Positions 1 through 9,800 of a stretch of DNA of 64,000 nucleotides are shown in pieces. Position numbers and translations under genes: made by a program. The notes under the pieces were generated by a model that searched no databases, was not told where the DNA came from, and saw only the letters and a program-made list of their open reading frames with translations. How positions within the stretch are numbered: the stretch's first letter is position 1; every line of letters starts with the position of its first letter. Source of the stretch: a bacterium (GTDB lineage: Bacteria; Bacillota; Clostridia; Lachnospirales; Lachnospiraceae); NCBI GenBank assembly GCA_023663725.1, contig JAMPGX010000008.1, positions 16,477 through 80,476 of the forward strand, given 5' to 3'.

Positions 1-1
1 G

Positions 2-697
2 AAGAAAATATTTGAGACTGGAATCAACAAGACTTATCTGGGGGATCTGTTGTCCGAGTATCTGCTGTCCTCCACGGACTCTGAGGAAGTCAAGACGGCG
101 CTGTCGGGCTATCTGATTGAATGCGGGTTCAAGGTGGATTCCAGTGTGCTGACGCAGTATATCACCTCGAATATCGATCCCGTCGAGGCGAGACTGGAGA
201 AGGCGAAGAAGCTGATTGCCAACGGCACTATGGTCAAGGCGGACTGTCTGGAGAACTATATTTTATCCGTGGAGAAGCCGTCCGACTTCTCGGAGCAGAT
301 CTTCAATCTGCTGGCGGAGGGCTCCTTCACGGTTGGTTTTGCCGCATATGCCAGGTTTCTCCTGGGCTGTCAGGACATTGACAAGGTCCGGCATCATGCC
401 AGAGTCGCAGCCGCCTTCTCCGGCGATTTGAGTCAGACGCAGACGACGGTGGGGCATGGGGGTGACAGCGTCATCTGCAATCTGCTGCAGGCCTATGTAT
501 TGACGGCTGCGGATTCCTACGATGTGGCCGCGGCGATTGTGAAGGACCTGATTGCCTCCAGAGTCAAGCTGAATACGGAGATTACAGTCAATGGCAGCAC
601 GGTGAAATTCAAGAAATATGTCGCGGAGAGAAAGGCGTGTCTCTCGCCGTTATCTCTGCAGCTATGTGAGGAAAACAAAATGTTTTCTCTGTTTTGA
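2..697 (+). CDS. Hypothetical protein, 5'-truncated by the window edge; first visible gene of the AAA/coiled-coil operon
   Basis: Frame is open from base 2 (KKIFETGINK...) into the 50..697 ORF; 45 bp gap to the next gene; no recognisable motif. Confidence 0.75.
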   Translation, partial: KKIFETGINKTYLGDLLSEYLLSSTDSEEVKTALSGYLIECGFKVDSSVLTQYITSNIDPVEARLEKAKKLIANGTMVKADCLENYILSVEKPSDFSEQIFNLLAEGSFTVGFAAYARFLLGCQDIDKVRHHARVAAAFSGDLSQTQTTVGHGGDSVICNLLQAYVLTAADSYDVAAAIVKDLIASRVKLNTEITVNGSTVKFKKYVAERKACLSPLSLQLCEENKMFSLF

Positions 698-742
698 GGC
701 AAGGCGATATCGGGAGTAGAATTGGGATGAGGGGGCGATGGA

Positions 743-2497
743 ATGACTGAAGCAGAAGCGATGGCGGAACGGGCGGAAGCGGAACGGCTTATGGCGGAGA
801 TCAACCGACTTTCGGGCCAGATCGATCGGGCGATTGCCGAGAACAATGAGTTGCAGGTCGAGTTATCGACGCTGATTCGCAATGTGGAGATACTGACGAA
901 AAATACGGCGGCTATGGACGCCGAGGTGAACAGAGCAATGGAGTCCCTGAGGGGCAGAGTTCAGGAGACAGATGTCAGCACCAGCGAGCTGTTCGCGCTG
1001 ATTGACGATCTGGCGAATTCCTACTATATGTTTAAGAACCTGAGCACCGCCTCGAAGAATGTCACGCAGTACACAGACGAATATTTCACCAGATTCCGTT
1101 TCTTTAATGAGTTGCGCAGGATATCGCTGGGCTATGTGATTGGCCTGGATATGCATATCTGTTCGGATGAGACCATGAGGAAAAAGGTGGAGGCCGCATA
1201 TCTTGAGAATACGGGGTATTGGCTTGCCTATGCGATCATGGCCGTGATGCTGTGGGCGAGCGACGAGCGGGAGGCGGCCGCGAGAGCCATGTCCAAGGCT
1301 CTCTCCATGGACTACTACAGTGCCTCGCTGTTCTTTCTGCTGATCAATCTGCGCTTTACCAGGGTGGATATAGCCAGAAAGTGGTATCTGACCTATCTTG
1401 AGCGCGTTGACTATGAGAATCTGGGGGATGAGTGGCAATATCTGCTGCAGGCGTATCTGTCGGGTGTGTTTGGCGTGGACAGGGAGTTCAACCGTCTGGT
1501 ACACGACAGCTTCACCAATATGCTGTTGCAGATGGAGAGTATGCATCCCAATTATGGGAACAAGGTGATCGAGAGGGCGCAGAACTATTCCGAGAGCTAT
1601 ATCCATGTCACCAGGAACGAGTTTGAGACGCTGCGGAGGAACTGCCCTGACTATGGCGAGATGAAAGCGCTGCTCTCGACAGCCGAGAAGAACGAGGTGC
1701 TGGCGGTACATTTGAAGGAGGTCCTGGAGAATGACGGGCAGGTCCCCACGGATATGTTCCAGCGCATAGAGGACATCCTGTATGATCTGATCAACGCCTA
1801 TGACCGGGAAGAATTGAAGGTGGTGAAGAACAGAAGATACAGCGAGATGGTGATCAAGGCGAAGGGCGATCTGGGCATGGCGCAGCAGTTCTACAATACG
1901 GAATTCCCCAGTGAGAACAACGCCAGAGCGCTGGAGGATCTGCTGTTTGAATGGGCATTTGAGGAAGATCCCCGGCGCGTGGATATTACGGTCAAGCAAT
2001 TTGCCCTGTCCCATCTGCACAAATGGCTGTCCAAGGGCTTTGCAGCTTTTGCGGAGAGATACCGCGGGCAGGAGAAGGAGAAGTACCGCATCGCCATCGA
2101 CGGCTGGGAGGGCGAGTGTGACGAGAACTCTTACGAGGAAGCGAAGGAGCGGCTGGAGAAGCATTATAATAAGAATCGGATGTTCAACATCTTGCAGGAT
2201 AAATATGTGCAGGTATTTGTCTGTATGGCGCTGGCGTCGCTGGTGACGCTGGGGATCACGGCGTTTCTGTTCAACAAGATATCGCTCGTGATCGGCATTC
2301 TGCTGGGCGTGGTGAGCGGATTCCTGCTCTGGAGGAGGATCGCTGATCTCCAGGTGATCTTGGCGCTGAAGCGAAAGCGGGGCTGTGAACTGCTGAAAAA
2401 GGCGATAGAGGAGATAAAGCGCTGGAGAGAGCTGTACCGGCTGGAGGACGCCAAGAACGCGGACCTGGTAGCGGTGCTGGACAATGCGGGATTTTGA
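743..2497 (+). CDS. Coiled-coil / helical-repeat protein with C-terminal two-TM hairpin (paralog A)
   Basis: 584 aa; N-terminal heptads; YWLAYA...SLFFLLINLRF...KWYLTY block shared with 2519 and 6382; two hydrophobic helices near the C-terminus; GAGGGG RBS. Confidence 0.85.
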   Translation: MTEAEAMAERAEAERLMAEINRLSGQIDRAIAENNELQVELSTLIRNVEILTKNTAAMDAEVNRAMESLRGRVQETDVSTSELFALIDDLANSYYMFKNLSTASKNVTQYTDEYFTRFRFFNELRRISLGYVIGLDMHICSDETMRKKVEAAYLENTGYWLAYAIMAVMLWASDEREAAARAMSKALSMDYYSASLFFLLINLRFTRVDIARKWYLTYLERVDYENLGDEWQYLLQAYLSGVFGVDREFNRLVHDSFTNMLLQMESMHPNYGNKVIERAQNYSESYIHVTRNEFETLRRNCPDYGEMKALLSTAEKNEVLAVHLKEVLENDGQVPTDMFQRIEDILYDLINAYDREELKVVKNRRYSEMVIKAKGDLGMAQQFYNTEFPSENNARALEDLLFEWAFEEDPRRVDITVKQFALSHLHKWLSKGFAAFAERYRGQEKEKYRIAIDGWEGECDENSYEEAKERLEKHYNKNRMFNILQDKYVQVFVCMALASLVTLGITAFLFNKISLVIGILLGVVSGFLLWRRIADLQVILALKRKRGCELLKKAIEEIKRWRELYRLEDAKNADLVAVLDNAGF

Positions 2498-2518
2498 TCT
2501 ATATAGAAGGAGAGCGAC

Positions 2519-4123
2519 ATGGCAAATTCATCTTATAATGCGGTCAACAGCCTCAACGAGACGATTGACTCTTTTAAATCAAAACTGGATGTAAAGATGG
2601 ACTCGGTCAACACATCTACCGCCAACATGAGGGCAACGACGGACAAGATATACGACAGCGTCAGCAAATTTAAGCAGGGCATGATACAGAATGAGGAGAA
2701 GCAGCTTGCCCATGAGAACATACTGAGAATTGACCAGATATTGAAGGAGCAGTTTGGCGATCACGAGGCCATCCGCAAGACCGTGATGGGCGTCGTGAGG
2801 GACTTTGACATCAACCTGGTGCGCAACAGCACGATACAGGAGATATCGGAGGAGCTGTGGATCACCAGCTCCAGATACTGGCTCTCCTACGCGCTCATCG
2901 CGATCACGGCGTGGATCAACGACTACAGGGAGGTGGCTTCCAATGCCCTGTCGGAATGTGTGCGGAGAGATCCGGTGAAGGCCTCGCTGTTCTTCTGTCT
3001 GTTCAATCTGAGATTCGGCAGGAACGGCATCGCCAGGAAGTGGTTCTTTGAATACTTAAAGACCCTCGATCCCACGAAAGTCCAGCAGGAGTCGGCGATT
3101 CTGCTCCAGGCCTATTTGAACGGCCTGTTCGGGACGGACAAGGAGCTCGAACACGATGTGAACAATGTCATCAAGGGGTGGATATCGGAGTTGAACGCGC
3201 ATCCCGATATCGCGGAGGAACTGACGGAAGCCTACCGCAAATATATTCAACTCCTGCCACCGCTCCGGCAGTGCAGCTATGCGGCGCTGCCGGAAGCCTG
3301 CGGCAATTATGACGCTATACGGCAGGCCTATGCGGATGTGTCCAAATACGAGAAGCTGATTGCCGTGGTGGACGAGATGGATGTGGAACTGGAGGAGCAG
3401 ACGGAGGCTAACTACAAGGGAAGAGTAGACGCCATCCTCACGGCGCTGATCTCCAACTATGATCAGGAGGAACTGGATCTGAAGAATCAGCAGGCGTATT
3501 TCAATTTTGTCATCGACAACAACGGGCAGGTCGAGGCCGCCCAGCAGCAGTACGAGGAATTCCAGGCAGTCCAGAAGGAGAGCTTCAATATCGGCAAGCA
3601 GATGATTAAGTGGGCGGTCTATGACGACAGGGACCAGACGGATGTTCATGTCAGGAAATTCGGCCTGCAGAACACCAGGATATGGCTTAGGGAGGCGATT
3701 GAGAGATGGGCGCTCTCCCTGCAGAAATCGCAGCCCATGGATTTCCCGCTGGCGATTGATTCCTGGAGATCCGTATCCAACGGGGCAGATCAGGCGGACC
3801 AGGTTGAGAACATGAAGCAATATTTCAACAATAACAAGTTCCAGTTTATGTATGTCAATACCTATAATATCGCAGCGCTGATTGTTCTGATCCTGTCGAT
3901 CGGCCTGGCGTTTGTCACGCCGTATGCGCTGATAGCGACGGCGGTTGCCGCGGCGTTCCTGGTATTTCGGATCATCAAGAGCAACCGGGATTATCCGGCG
4001 AGAATCAATGCGGCGCTGGAGAAGCTGAACGCGTGTATGGTGGAGCTGGCTGATTTCCAGCAGTTCTATGCGGAGAGCAGCGCTAAGAAGGACGCACTGC
4101 AGAGCAAGCTGGAATATCTGTAG
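2519..4123 (+). CDS. Coiled-coil / helical-repeat protein with C-terminal two-TM hairpin (paralog B)
   Basis: 534 aa; YWLSYA...SLFFCLFNLRF...KWFFEY; AAGGAG RBS; same architecture as paralog A. Confidence 0.85.
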   Translation: MANSSYNAVNSLNETIDSFKSKLDVKMDSVNTSTANMRATTDKIYDSVSKFKQGMIQNEEKQLAHENILRIDQILKEQFGDHEAIRKTVMGVVRDFDINLVRNSTIQEISEELWITSSRYWLSYALIAITAWINDYREVASNALSECVRRDPVKASLFFCLFNLRFGRNGIARKWFFEYLKTLDPTKVQQESAILLQAYLNGLFGTDKELEHDVNNVIKGWISELNAHPDIAEELTEAYRKYIQLLPPLRQCSYAALPEACGNYDAIRQAYADVSKYEKLIAVVDEMDVELEEQTEANYKGRVDAILTALISNYDQEELDLKNQQAYFNFVIDNNGQVEAAQQQYEEFQAVQKESFNIGKQMIKWAVYDDRDQTDVHVRKFGLQNTRIWLREAIERWALSLQKSQPMDFPLAIDSWRSVSNGADQADQVENMKQYFNNNKFQFMYVNTYNIAALIVLILSIGLAFVTPYALIATAVAAAFLVFRIIKSNRDYPARINAALEKLNACMVELADFQQFYAESSAKKDALQSKLEYL

Positions 4124-4193
4124 GGATACGGAATCTGATAATGGCATCTGTGTGCGAAGGATGCAAAGCTTTTAACAGAAAGGGAGAGATACC

Positions 4194-4364
4194 ATGGATA
4201 ATGAGATGAATCTGGAGTTGGGCGAACTGTTGGAGCAGAGGATACAGGAAAATTTTGGCGCGGGCGACGCGGGCGCCTATGATGTCTCAGACGAGCGGCT
4301 GAAGGAGATGAATAAGAAGCTCCCCAACTGGAGCCTGGAGCCTCCGTTCAGCTTCCTGAAGTAG
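4194..4364 (+). CDS. 56-aa acidic small protein (MDNEMNLELG...LPNWSLEPPFSFLK), not in the ORF track
   Basis: Hand translation; AGGGAGAG RBS upstream; fills the gap and stops 4 nt before the next ATG. Confidence 0.7.
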   Translation: MDNEMNLELGELLEQRIQENFGAGDAGAYDVSDERLKEMNKKLPNWSLEPPFSFLK

Positions 4365-4368
4365 AGCC

Positions 4369-4890
4369 ATGGAGGGAACACAGTACATACCCTATGCCGA
4401 GTGGGTGGCTCTGGCCTCAGCAGTGAGGGAAAAGGGCTTAAGAAGCCAGGAGTTCGAGCGGATGCGGCGCGTGTATCCCCAGTCGGCGGGGCCGGCCTAT
4501 GACCCTCTGGTGTATCGTGAGCTGGCTAAGTTGGAAGAGCACTTGCTGGGGCATGTCTTTCGAAGATTTCAGAGGGAGATCAACAGATGCCTGGAGGAAG
4601 CGGATATCGAGATCGCGGAGACCGCCATCGGGAATCTGAAGAGAGGTATAAGCTCGTGCCTGTTTTTCTGCCAGATACCGGAGTATCCAGAGGAGGTTCG
4701 AAAGGGCATGGAGCAGGAGATCAGACGTTATGCGCAGGACTTCCGGCGGGAATGCCTGGAGTACATGCGCCGTCTGGAGCGCAGCGACAGCAGCGACTTT
4801 ATCCAGGAGCTCGCCTATCTGTGTAGGAAGAGGATGGCAGGCTTGGTAGCGTCTGGCAGGGGAGAATACGCGGATGTCCAATTACGCTGA
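4369..4890 (+). CDS. Hypothetical helical protein, 173 aa
   Basis: ORF tightly coupled on both sides; overlaps the ATPase start. Confidence 0.75.
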   Translation: MEGTQYIPYAEWVALASAVREKGLRSQEFERMRRVYPQSAGPAYDPLVYRELAKLEEHLLGHVFRRFQREINRCLEEADIEIAETAIGNLKRGISSCLFFCQIPEYPEEVRKGMEQEIRRYAQDFRRECLEYMRRLERSDSSDFIQELAYLCRKRMAGLVASGRGEYADVQLR

Positions 4891-6373
4891 GACAAAACAG
4901 GAGATCAAGAACTATCTATATGCCCGCACGCCGTTGGTGATCGTCCATACGGACGAGCGGGAGAGAGTGGAGCGAATGCTGCACGAGATCGCGTCGGAGG
5001 GACAGATCAATTTCCTGTACTATACAGACGCGAAGCAGGTGAGAAGCATTGGCGGAAAAGCGGAGAGTATGGACACCCAGGAGGACCCGCTGGGATTCTT
5101 TCTGGGGCAGTTGAAGCGGCAGCGCAGCCTCAACATCGTGCTGGGGGATGTGCGGCGAATTGCGGATGACAATGCATATTCCCGCGAGCTGATGAATATA
5201 TTGTATATTGCGAAAGAGAACAACGGCGTCGTGGTTCTGGTCACGTCTGATCGGGCCTGGAGCCGGATATCCTCGTTTGGAATGGTGGTCACGCTGGACT
5301 TGCCGGATACCAGAGAGAGGATGCTGCAGATCGCCAGATTCGTGAAGACATATTCCGGCAGATTCTCGATCGACTGGGATGAGTCCGACGTGCTGCACGC
5401 GGCGGCACTGCTGCGGGGATTTTCCGAGATACAGATCGACAATCTGCTGTCGGCGGAGATCATCGGCAGCAACGGGCTGAGGAAGGACAAGCTCTACAGG
5501 CTCGCGTCACAGAAGCAGAGGCTTTACCCCAAGACGGGTATTGTCCAGCACATCGAGATCAGCCGCGCTTACAGGGCGGCGGGAATGGACAGGCTCAAGG
5601 CGTGGCTCGCGGACAAGAAGAAGATATTCTTTCTGCCGGAGGAGAAGCTCTCCGAGTATGAGTTGAAGGCTCCCAAGGGAATCCTGCTGGTGGGCGTGCC
5701 CGGCTGTGGAAAGTCGCTGACGGCCAAGCTGGTAGCGCAGGAGTGGGAGCTTCCCCTCTTTCGGTTTGACATTGGCTCCGTGTTCGACAAATGGGTCGGC
5801 GAGAGCGAGAAGAAGATGCGGGAGGCCCTGCATTTCATCGAGAACGTTTCGCCCTGTGTGCTGTGGATTGACGAGATAGAGAAGGTGCTGGCCACCTCGG
5901 ATGCCGGCAATGAGACCGGCAAGAGAGTGCTGGGCGAATTCCTGTTCTGGATTCAGGAGTCCTCCAGCAAGGTTTTCATGGTGGCAACGGCCAACAATGT
6001 CAAGGTATTGCCCTATGAATTGTACCGGAAGGGGAGATTCTCAGAGGTGTTCTACGCGGGACTTCCCAATCCGCGGGAGAGGCGGGCAGCGATTGCGCAC
6101 TATATGCGCGTCTCGCTGAAAATAGAAGAACCGGCCCCTGATTTTCTGGAGGAATTGGTTCAGATGACTGACCGGTATTCCTACGCGGATATCGAGACGG
6201 CCATCAAGGAAGTGGCACAACAGCTGCTGATATCCAATCAGACCGAGGTCGGCAGGTCGATGATCATAGCGTCCATACGATCCATTATCCCTATTTCCAC
6301 GATCAATCAGGAGTTGGTCGAGGAGATCGAACAGTGGGGAAGAGAGAGAGCTGTGGATGTGTCCGATAATTAA
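4874..6373 (+). CDS. AAA+ ATPase, Ycf46-like architecture (degenerate N-terminal domain plus one active AAA domain)
   Basis: Walker A GVPGCGKS, Walker B VLWIDEIEK, sensor-1/SRH TANN...RKGRF. Confidence 0.9.
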   Translation: MSNYAETKQEIKNYLYARTPLVIVHTDERERVERMLHEIASEGQINFLYYTDAKQVRSIGGKAESMDTQEDPLGFFLGQLKRQRSLNIVLGDVRRIADDNAYSRELMNILYIAKENNGVVVLVTSDRAWSRISSFGMVVTLDLPDTRERMLQIARFVKTYSGRFSIDWDESDVLHAAALLRGFSEIQIDNLLSAEIIGSNGLRKDKLYRLASQKQRLYPKTGIVQHIEISRAYRAAGMDRLKAWLADKKKIFFLPEEKLSEYELKAPKGILLVGVPGCGKSLTAKLVAQEWELPLFRFDIGSVFDKWVGESEKKMREALHFIENVSPCVLWIDEIEKVLATSDAGNETGKRVLGEFLFWIQESSSKVFMVATANNVKVLPYELYRKGRFSEVFYAGLPNPRERRAAIAHYMRVSLKIEEPAPDFLEELVQMTDRYSYADIETAIKEVAQQLLISNQTEVGRSMIIASIRSIIPISTINQELVEEIEQWGRERAVDVSDN

Positions 6374-6381
6374 GGGGGGTA

Positions 6382-8103
6382 ATGCAATTGAGCAACTATA
6401 GTTTGAAAGCGGAAGTCAGCAGGCTGCAGTCCAGGCTTCGGGATATCGAGAACGAGAACAGAAAATTGCGCTCCGAGATTAACGCCACTGTCAGAAGCGT
6501 GAACGAGGCGGAGCGGAATCTGTCGGACTACAATCAGCAGGTCAGAAACGCGCTGGAGAGCGCCAACGGGAGCATCAAGAGCTCTATAGACCATGCGCTG
6601 AGCGCCTATGAGCTGCAGGGGCAGATAGACCAGTTATATACGAGATTCAAGAGCGTAGAGCTGGCCAACAAGAAGATTCGGACCCTGAATAATAAGAAGT
6701 ACTATGACTTCAACAATTACAGGACAGTCAGGAAGATTGTCCAGGGCTTGATGGACAACCTCGACCTGAGCCTGGTGAGCGACCAGGTGATCTATAAGTC
6801 CATAGAACGCCAGCATCTACAGACGCCGGACTTCTGGCTTACCCCTGTATTGATCAGCATTATGGCCTGGAAGAACGACGACAAGCAGTTGGCGGACAGG
6901 GCTATGGAGACAGCCTGCAGGCTGGATATGAAGAACAGCAGCATCTTCTATATGATATTCAACATGCGCATGGAGCGGGATGAGGCGGCGGTCAAATGGT
7001 TTCTGGAGTACCAGAAGTGCAGCCTCAAGGGAAGCGATGAGAATACCTTCCTGATGTTGTTCTCCCTGATCAGCCGGACGCTCTCCGACAATGTCGATGA
7101 GGAGACCTCCAGAATGATCTCCGATTATATCCACAGAATTATCGTCGAATGCGCCGAGCAAGCGGGATACAGCGAGAGCGACGTGATCGGAATCATCCAG
7201 GGCAAGATGCTGGCGCTGCTCAAGGCAATGCCGCAGGAATTGCCGGCGCTTGCCAAATATTGCAGCGACTACGGCACGATCGCGACGATGCTCAACCTGG
7301 CCGGCAACAATTACAATATTCTGGAGTTCATCCTGAGAGTGGTCAACGTTCCCGTAGCGGAGCGCAACACCTATCTGAAGGAATATCTGAATGAGCTGCT
7401 GGCCAAGCCCAACGAGGTGGAGATAGAGACCTATGACGAGATCGAATACAATGAGCTGGTCATCCGTCTGAGCGGCGACGTGGAGCAGGCCAGGGAGCTC
7501 TATGATCGGGAACAGCTCAGGCGCAGGTCCGATTTTAATATCATATCCAGCATGGTACAATGGATCTATGATTTCGGCAATGATGATGTGAACGGGCAGA
7601 TGCGACTCAATATGTTCACTCTGATCAAGACATTGCAGGAGAAGGCGGCGGAAGCCTATTTTGCCAAGTACCGGTCGATGTATCGGGAGGTGCATCCGGT
7701 GCAGATCTTGGATTATCAGACGGATGTGGATTTCACGCAGGAAGCGGGAGAGCTCGGCAAGGCGGAGAGCTTTTATCAGGATCAGCAGAAGCAGGAGCTG
7801 TCCGCGGTCAAAAATACCATGGCTTTCGTGGCCTTTGGTCTGGGAATTGCCTGCGGGGTGGCGGCGCCGTTCGTGCATCTGGCGCTGTTTGCCGGACTGG
7901 GCATAGGGGCGGCGGTCGGGATCGGGATACTGATCTCCAACCGGTACAAGCGCAGGAACATTATGCTGCGTATTCAGAAACAAAAGGAGAATGTGCTGGA
8001 GATCCTGCGCAGGCTCTTTGCCGATTTCGCGAAGTTGAGGGCGATTTATCAGGAGTACGATGGGATATCGGCAAGAATCATGGAGGAATACGCGAAGCTG
8101 TAA
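6382..8103 (+). CDS. Coiled-coil / helical-repeat protein with C-terminal two-TM hairpin (paralog C)
   Basis: 573 aa; FWLTPV...SIFYMIFNMRM...KWFLEY; same layout as A and B. Confidence 0.85.
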   Translation: MQLSNYSLKAEVSRLQSRLRDIENENRKLRSEINATVRSVNEAERNLSDYNQQVRNALESANGSIKSSIDHALSAYELQGQIDQLYTRFKSVELANKKIRTLNNKKYYDFNNYRTVRKIVQGLMDNLDLSLVSDQVIYKSIERQHLQTPDFWLTPVLISIMAWKNDDKQLADRAMETACRLDMKNSSIFYMIFNMRMERDEAAVKWFLEYQKCSLKGSDENTFLMLFSLISRTLSDNVDEETSRMISDYIHRIIVECAEQAGYSESDVIGIIQGKMLALLKAMPQELPALAKYCSDYGTIATMLNLAGNNYNILEFILRVVNVPVAERNTYLKEYLNELLAKPNEVEIETYDEIEYNELVIRLSGDVEQARELYDREQLRRRSDFNIISSMVQWIYDFGNDDVNGQMRLNMFTLIKTLQEKAAEAYFAKYRSMYREVHPVQILDYQTDVDFTQEAGELGKAESFYQDQQKQELSAVKNTMAFVAFGLGIACGVAAPFVHLALFAGLGIGAAVGIGILISNRYKRRNIMLRIQKQKENVLEILRRLFADFAKLRAIYQEYDGISARIMEEYAKL

Positions 8104-8114
8104 GGCATGAAAAA

Positions 8115-8157
8115 ATGCTCCCAGTCGCCGGTTGAGATACCGAGCGGCTGGGAGCAT
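8115..8157 (+). terminator. Hairpin ending the AAA operon
   Basis: ATGCTCCCAG...CTGGGAGCAT perfect arms with inner TCGC/CGGT pairing, just after the stop at 8103. Confidence 0.7.
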
Positions 8158-8229
8158 AATCATTAAAAACCCAATCAATAAAAAGAGAAAAAGGCGTAAT
8201 TCTCCATAGATAATATATGAGAGTTGTGG

Positions 8230-8354
8230 TATAATTATTACTCCAATATGCAGTATCTTAATTGCGGATGATTGCGCAGCGGCCTGCACCAATGCCGGAC
8301 TCGTCCAAGGTTCGTGGTCTGCGCAATCAAAGCGATGCGGTACTGGCGAGGAGG
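8230..8354 (+). promoter_or_regulatory. Extended -10 promoter and structured 5' leader of the MATE gene
   Basis: TGTGG-TATAAT at 8230; nested pairings 8251-8257/8339-8345 and 8269-8279/8319-8329 (11 bp perfect), ending beside the SD. Confidence 0.5.
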
Positions 8355-8359
8355 CAATT

Positions 8360-9781
8360 ATGTCAGACGATAAAATTACATGGCCCTCTTTTTTAAAGCT
8401 GATGATGGCTATTGCATTCCCTGTTGCGCTTCAGAATCTGCTGTCCACCACCGCCAGCATGGTGGATACCATCATGATTGGCAGCCAGGGAGAGCTGTCC
8501 GTGGCCGCGGTGGGGATATGCTCCCAGATCAGCTCGCTGTTCTTCTCCTGTTATTGGGGATTCGCGGGAGGCGCCATGCTGTTCTTTTCCCAGTATTGGG
8601 GAGCCCGCAACGAGAGGGGAATCAGCCAGACCTTTGGCGTGACCTTCATCTTTATGGTCATTGTGGGCGGACTGTTTGCTGTGACAGCGATCACGAATCC
8701 GGAGTTCATGCTGGGAATATACACCGACAAGGTGAAAATTATCCAGATGGGCGTACCCTATATCCGCATCGTGGGATGGGCCTATCCGCTGCAGGTGTTG
8801 GCCGTGCTGGTCAGCTTCTTTATGAGGGCTACGGAGCGGGTAAAAGCGCCGCTGTTCTGCTCGATTGTCTCGCTGGCAGTCAATTTTGTATTGAACTGGA
8901 TATTGATCTATGGGCATTACGGCGCTCCCAAGATGGGAGTGGCCGGAGCAGCGGTAGGCACGCTGGCCTCGGGAGCTGTCAATCTGCTTCTGCTGGTGGT
9001 GTTTCTGCTGACCTCCAAGTGCGAGATCCGTCTGCGGCTGCGGGACATGTTTGGACTGCGAAGAGAATTTCTGGGCGCGTATCTGTCAAAATGTCTGCCC
9101 ATTCTGGCCAATGAGATGCTCTATGGAGTGGGGCAGATGATTATCAATATTGTCATAGGGCATCAGGACGAGTCCGCGATTGCGGCTATGGCGGCATTCC
9201 GCGTCTGCGAGGGTTTCGTGTATGCATTCTTCGGCGGACTGTCCAATGCCGCCAGCGTGATCATCGGCAAGGAGGCAGGCGCCGGCCATTTGCCCAGAGC
9301 GTATAACTATTGCCGCAAATCTTCGCTGTTCTGTCCGATGGTCACTTTTGCGGTGGTCGCGTTTATGACATTATTGAACAGGCCGATTCTGGGGCTGTTT
9401 GGCCTGGGGGCAGCCGCAATGTCCTATGGGAAATATATGCTGCTGATCTATCTGTTGTTCGGCACGATACGCACCTGCAACTATATTATGAACGAGTCCT
9501 ATCGGGCAGGCGGAGAGGCTGTGTTCGGCACAGTGCTGGAGGTGAGCTGTCTCTTTGTGATCAGCGTGCCTGCCACATGGGTCGCAGGCATGGTGTTAAA
9601 GCTGCCATTTCTGGCGGTGTTCGCTTTTGTATATACGGACGAGATCATCCGGCTGCTGGTGGAGAGCAGATACACAGCGTCCGGAAGATGGCTTAAGCCT
9701 GTGACAGAGCAGGGTATCCGCGCGCTGCCGGAATTTCGTGAGTGGCTGGGAGAACGCCGCGGGAGGGGAAGGAATCTGTAA
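8360..9781 (+). CDS. MATE family efflux transporter
   Basis: 473 aa; two-fold repeated MATE pattern ([11 protein letters not shown]...VDTIMIG; GVAGAAVGT); many TM helices. Confidence 0.92.
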   Translation: MSDDKITWPSFLKLMMAIAFPVALQNLLSTTASMVDTIMIGSQGELSVAAVGICSQISSLFFSCYWGFAGGAMLFFSQYWGARNERGISQTFGVTFIFMVIVGGLFAVTAITNPEFMLGIYTDKVKIIQMGVPYIRIVGWAYPLQVLAVLVSFFMRATERVKAPLFCSIVSLAVNFVLNWILIYGHYGAPKMGVAGAAVGTLASGAVNLLLLVVFLLTSKCEIRLRLRDMFGLRREFLGAYLSKCLPILANEMLYGVGQMIINIVIGHQDESAIAAMAAFRVCEGFVYAFFGGLSNAASVIIGKEAGAGHLPRAYNYCRKSSLFCPMVTFAVVAFMTLLNRPILGLFGLGAAAMSYGKYMLLIYLLFGTIRTCNYIMNESYRAGGEAVFGTVLEVSCLFVISVPATWVAGMVLKLPFLAVFAFVYTDEIIRLLVESRYTASGRWLKPVTEQGIRALPEFREWLGERRGRGRNL

Positions 9782-9800
9782 ACGAGAGGAGAAATACGTC

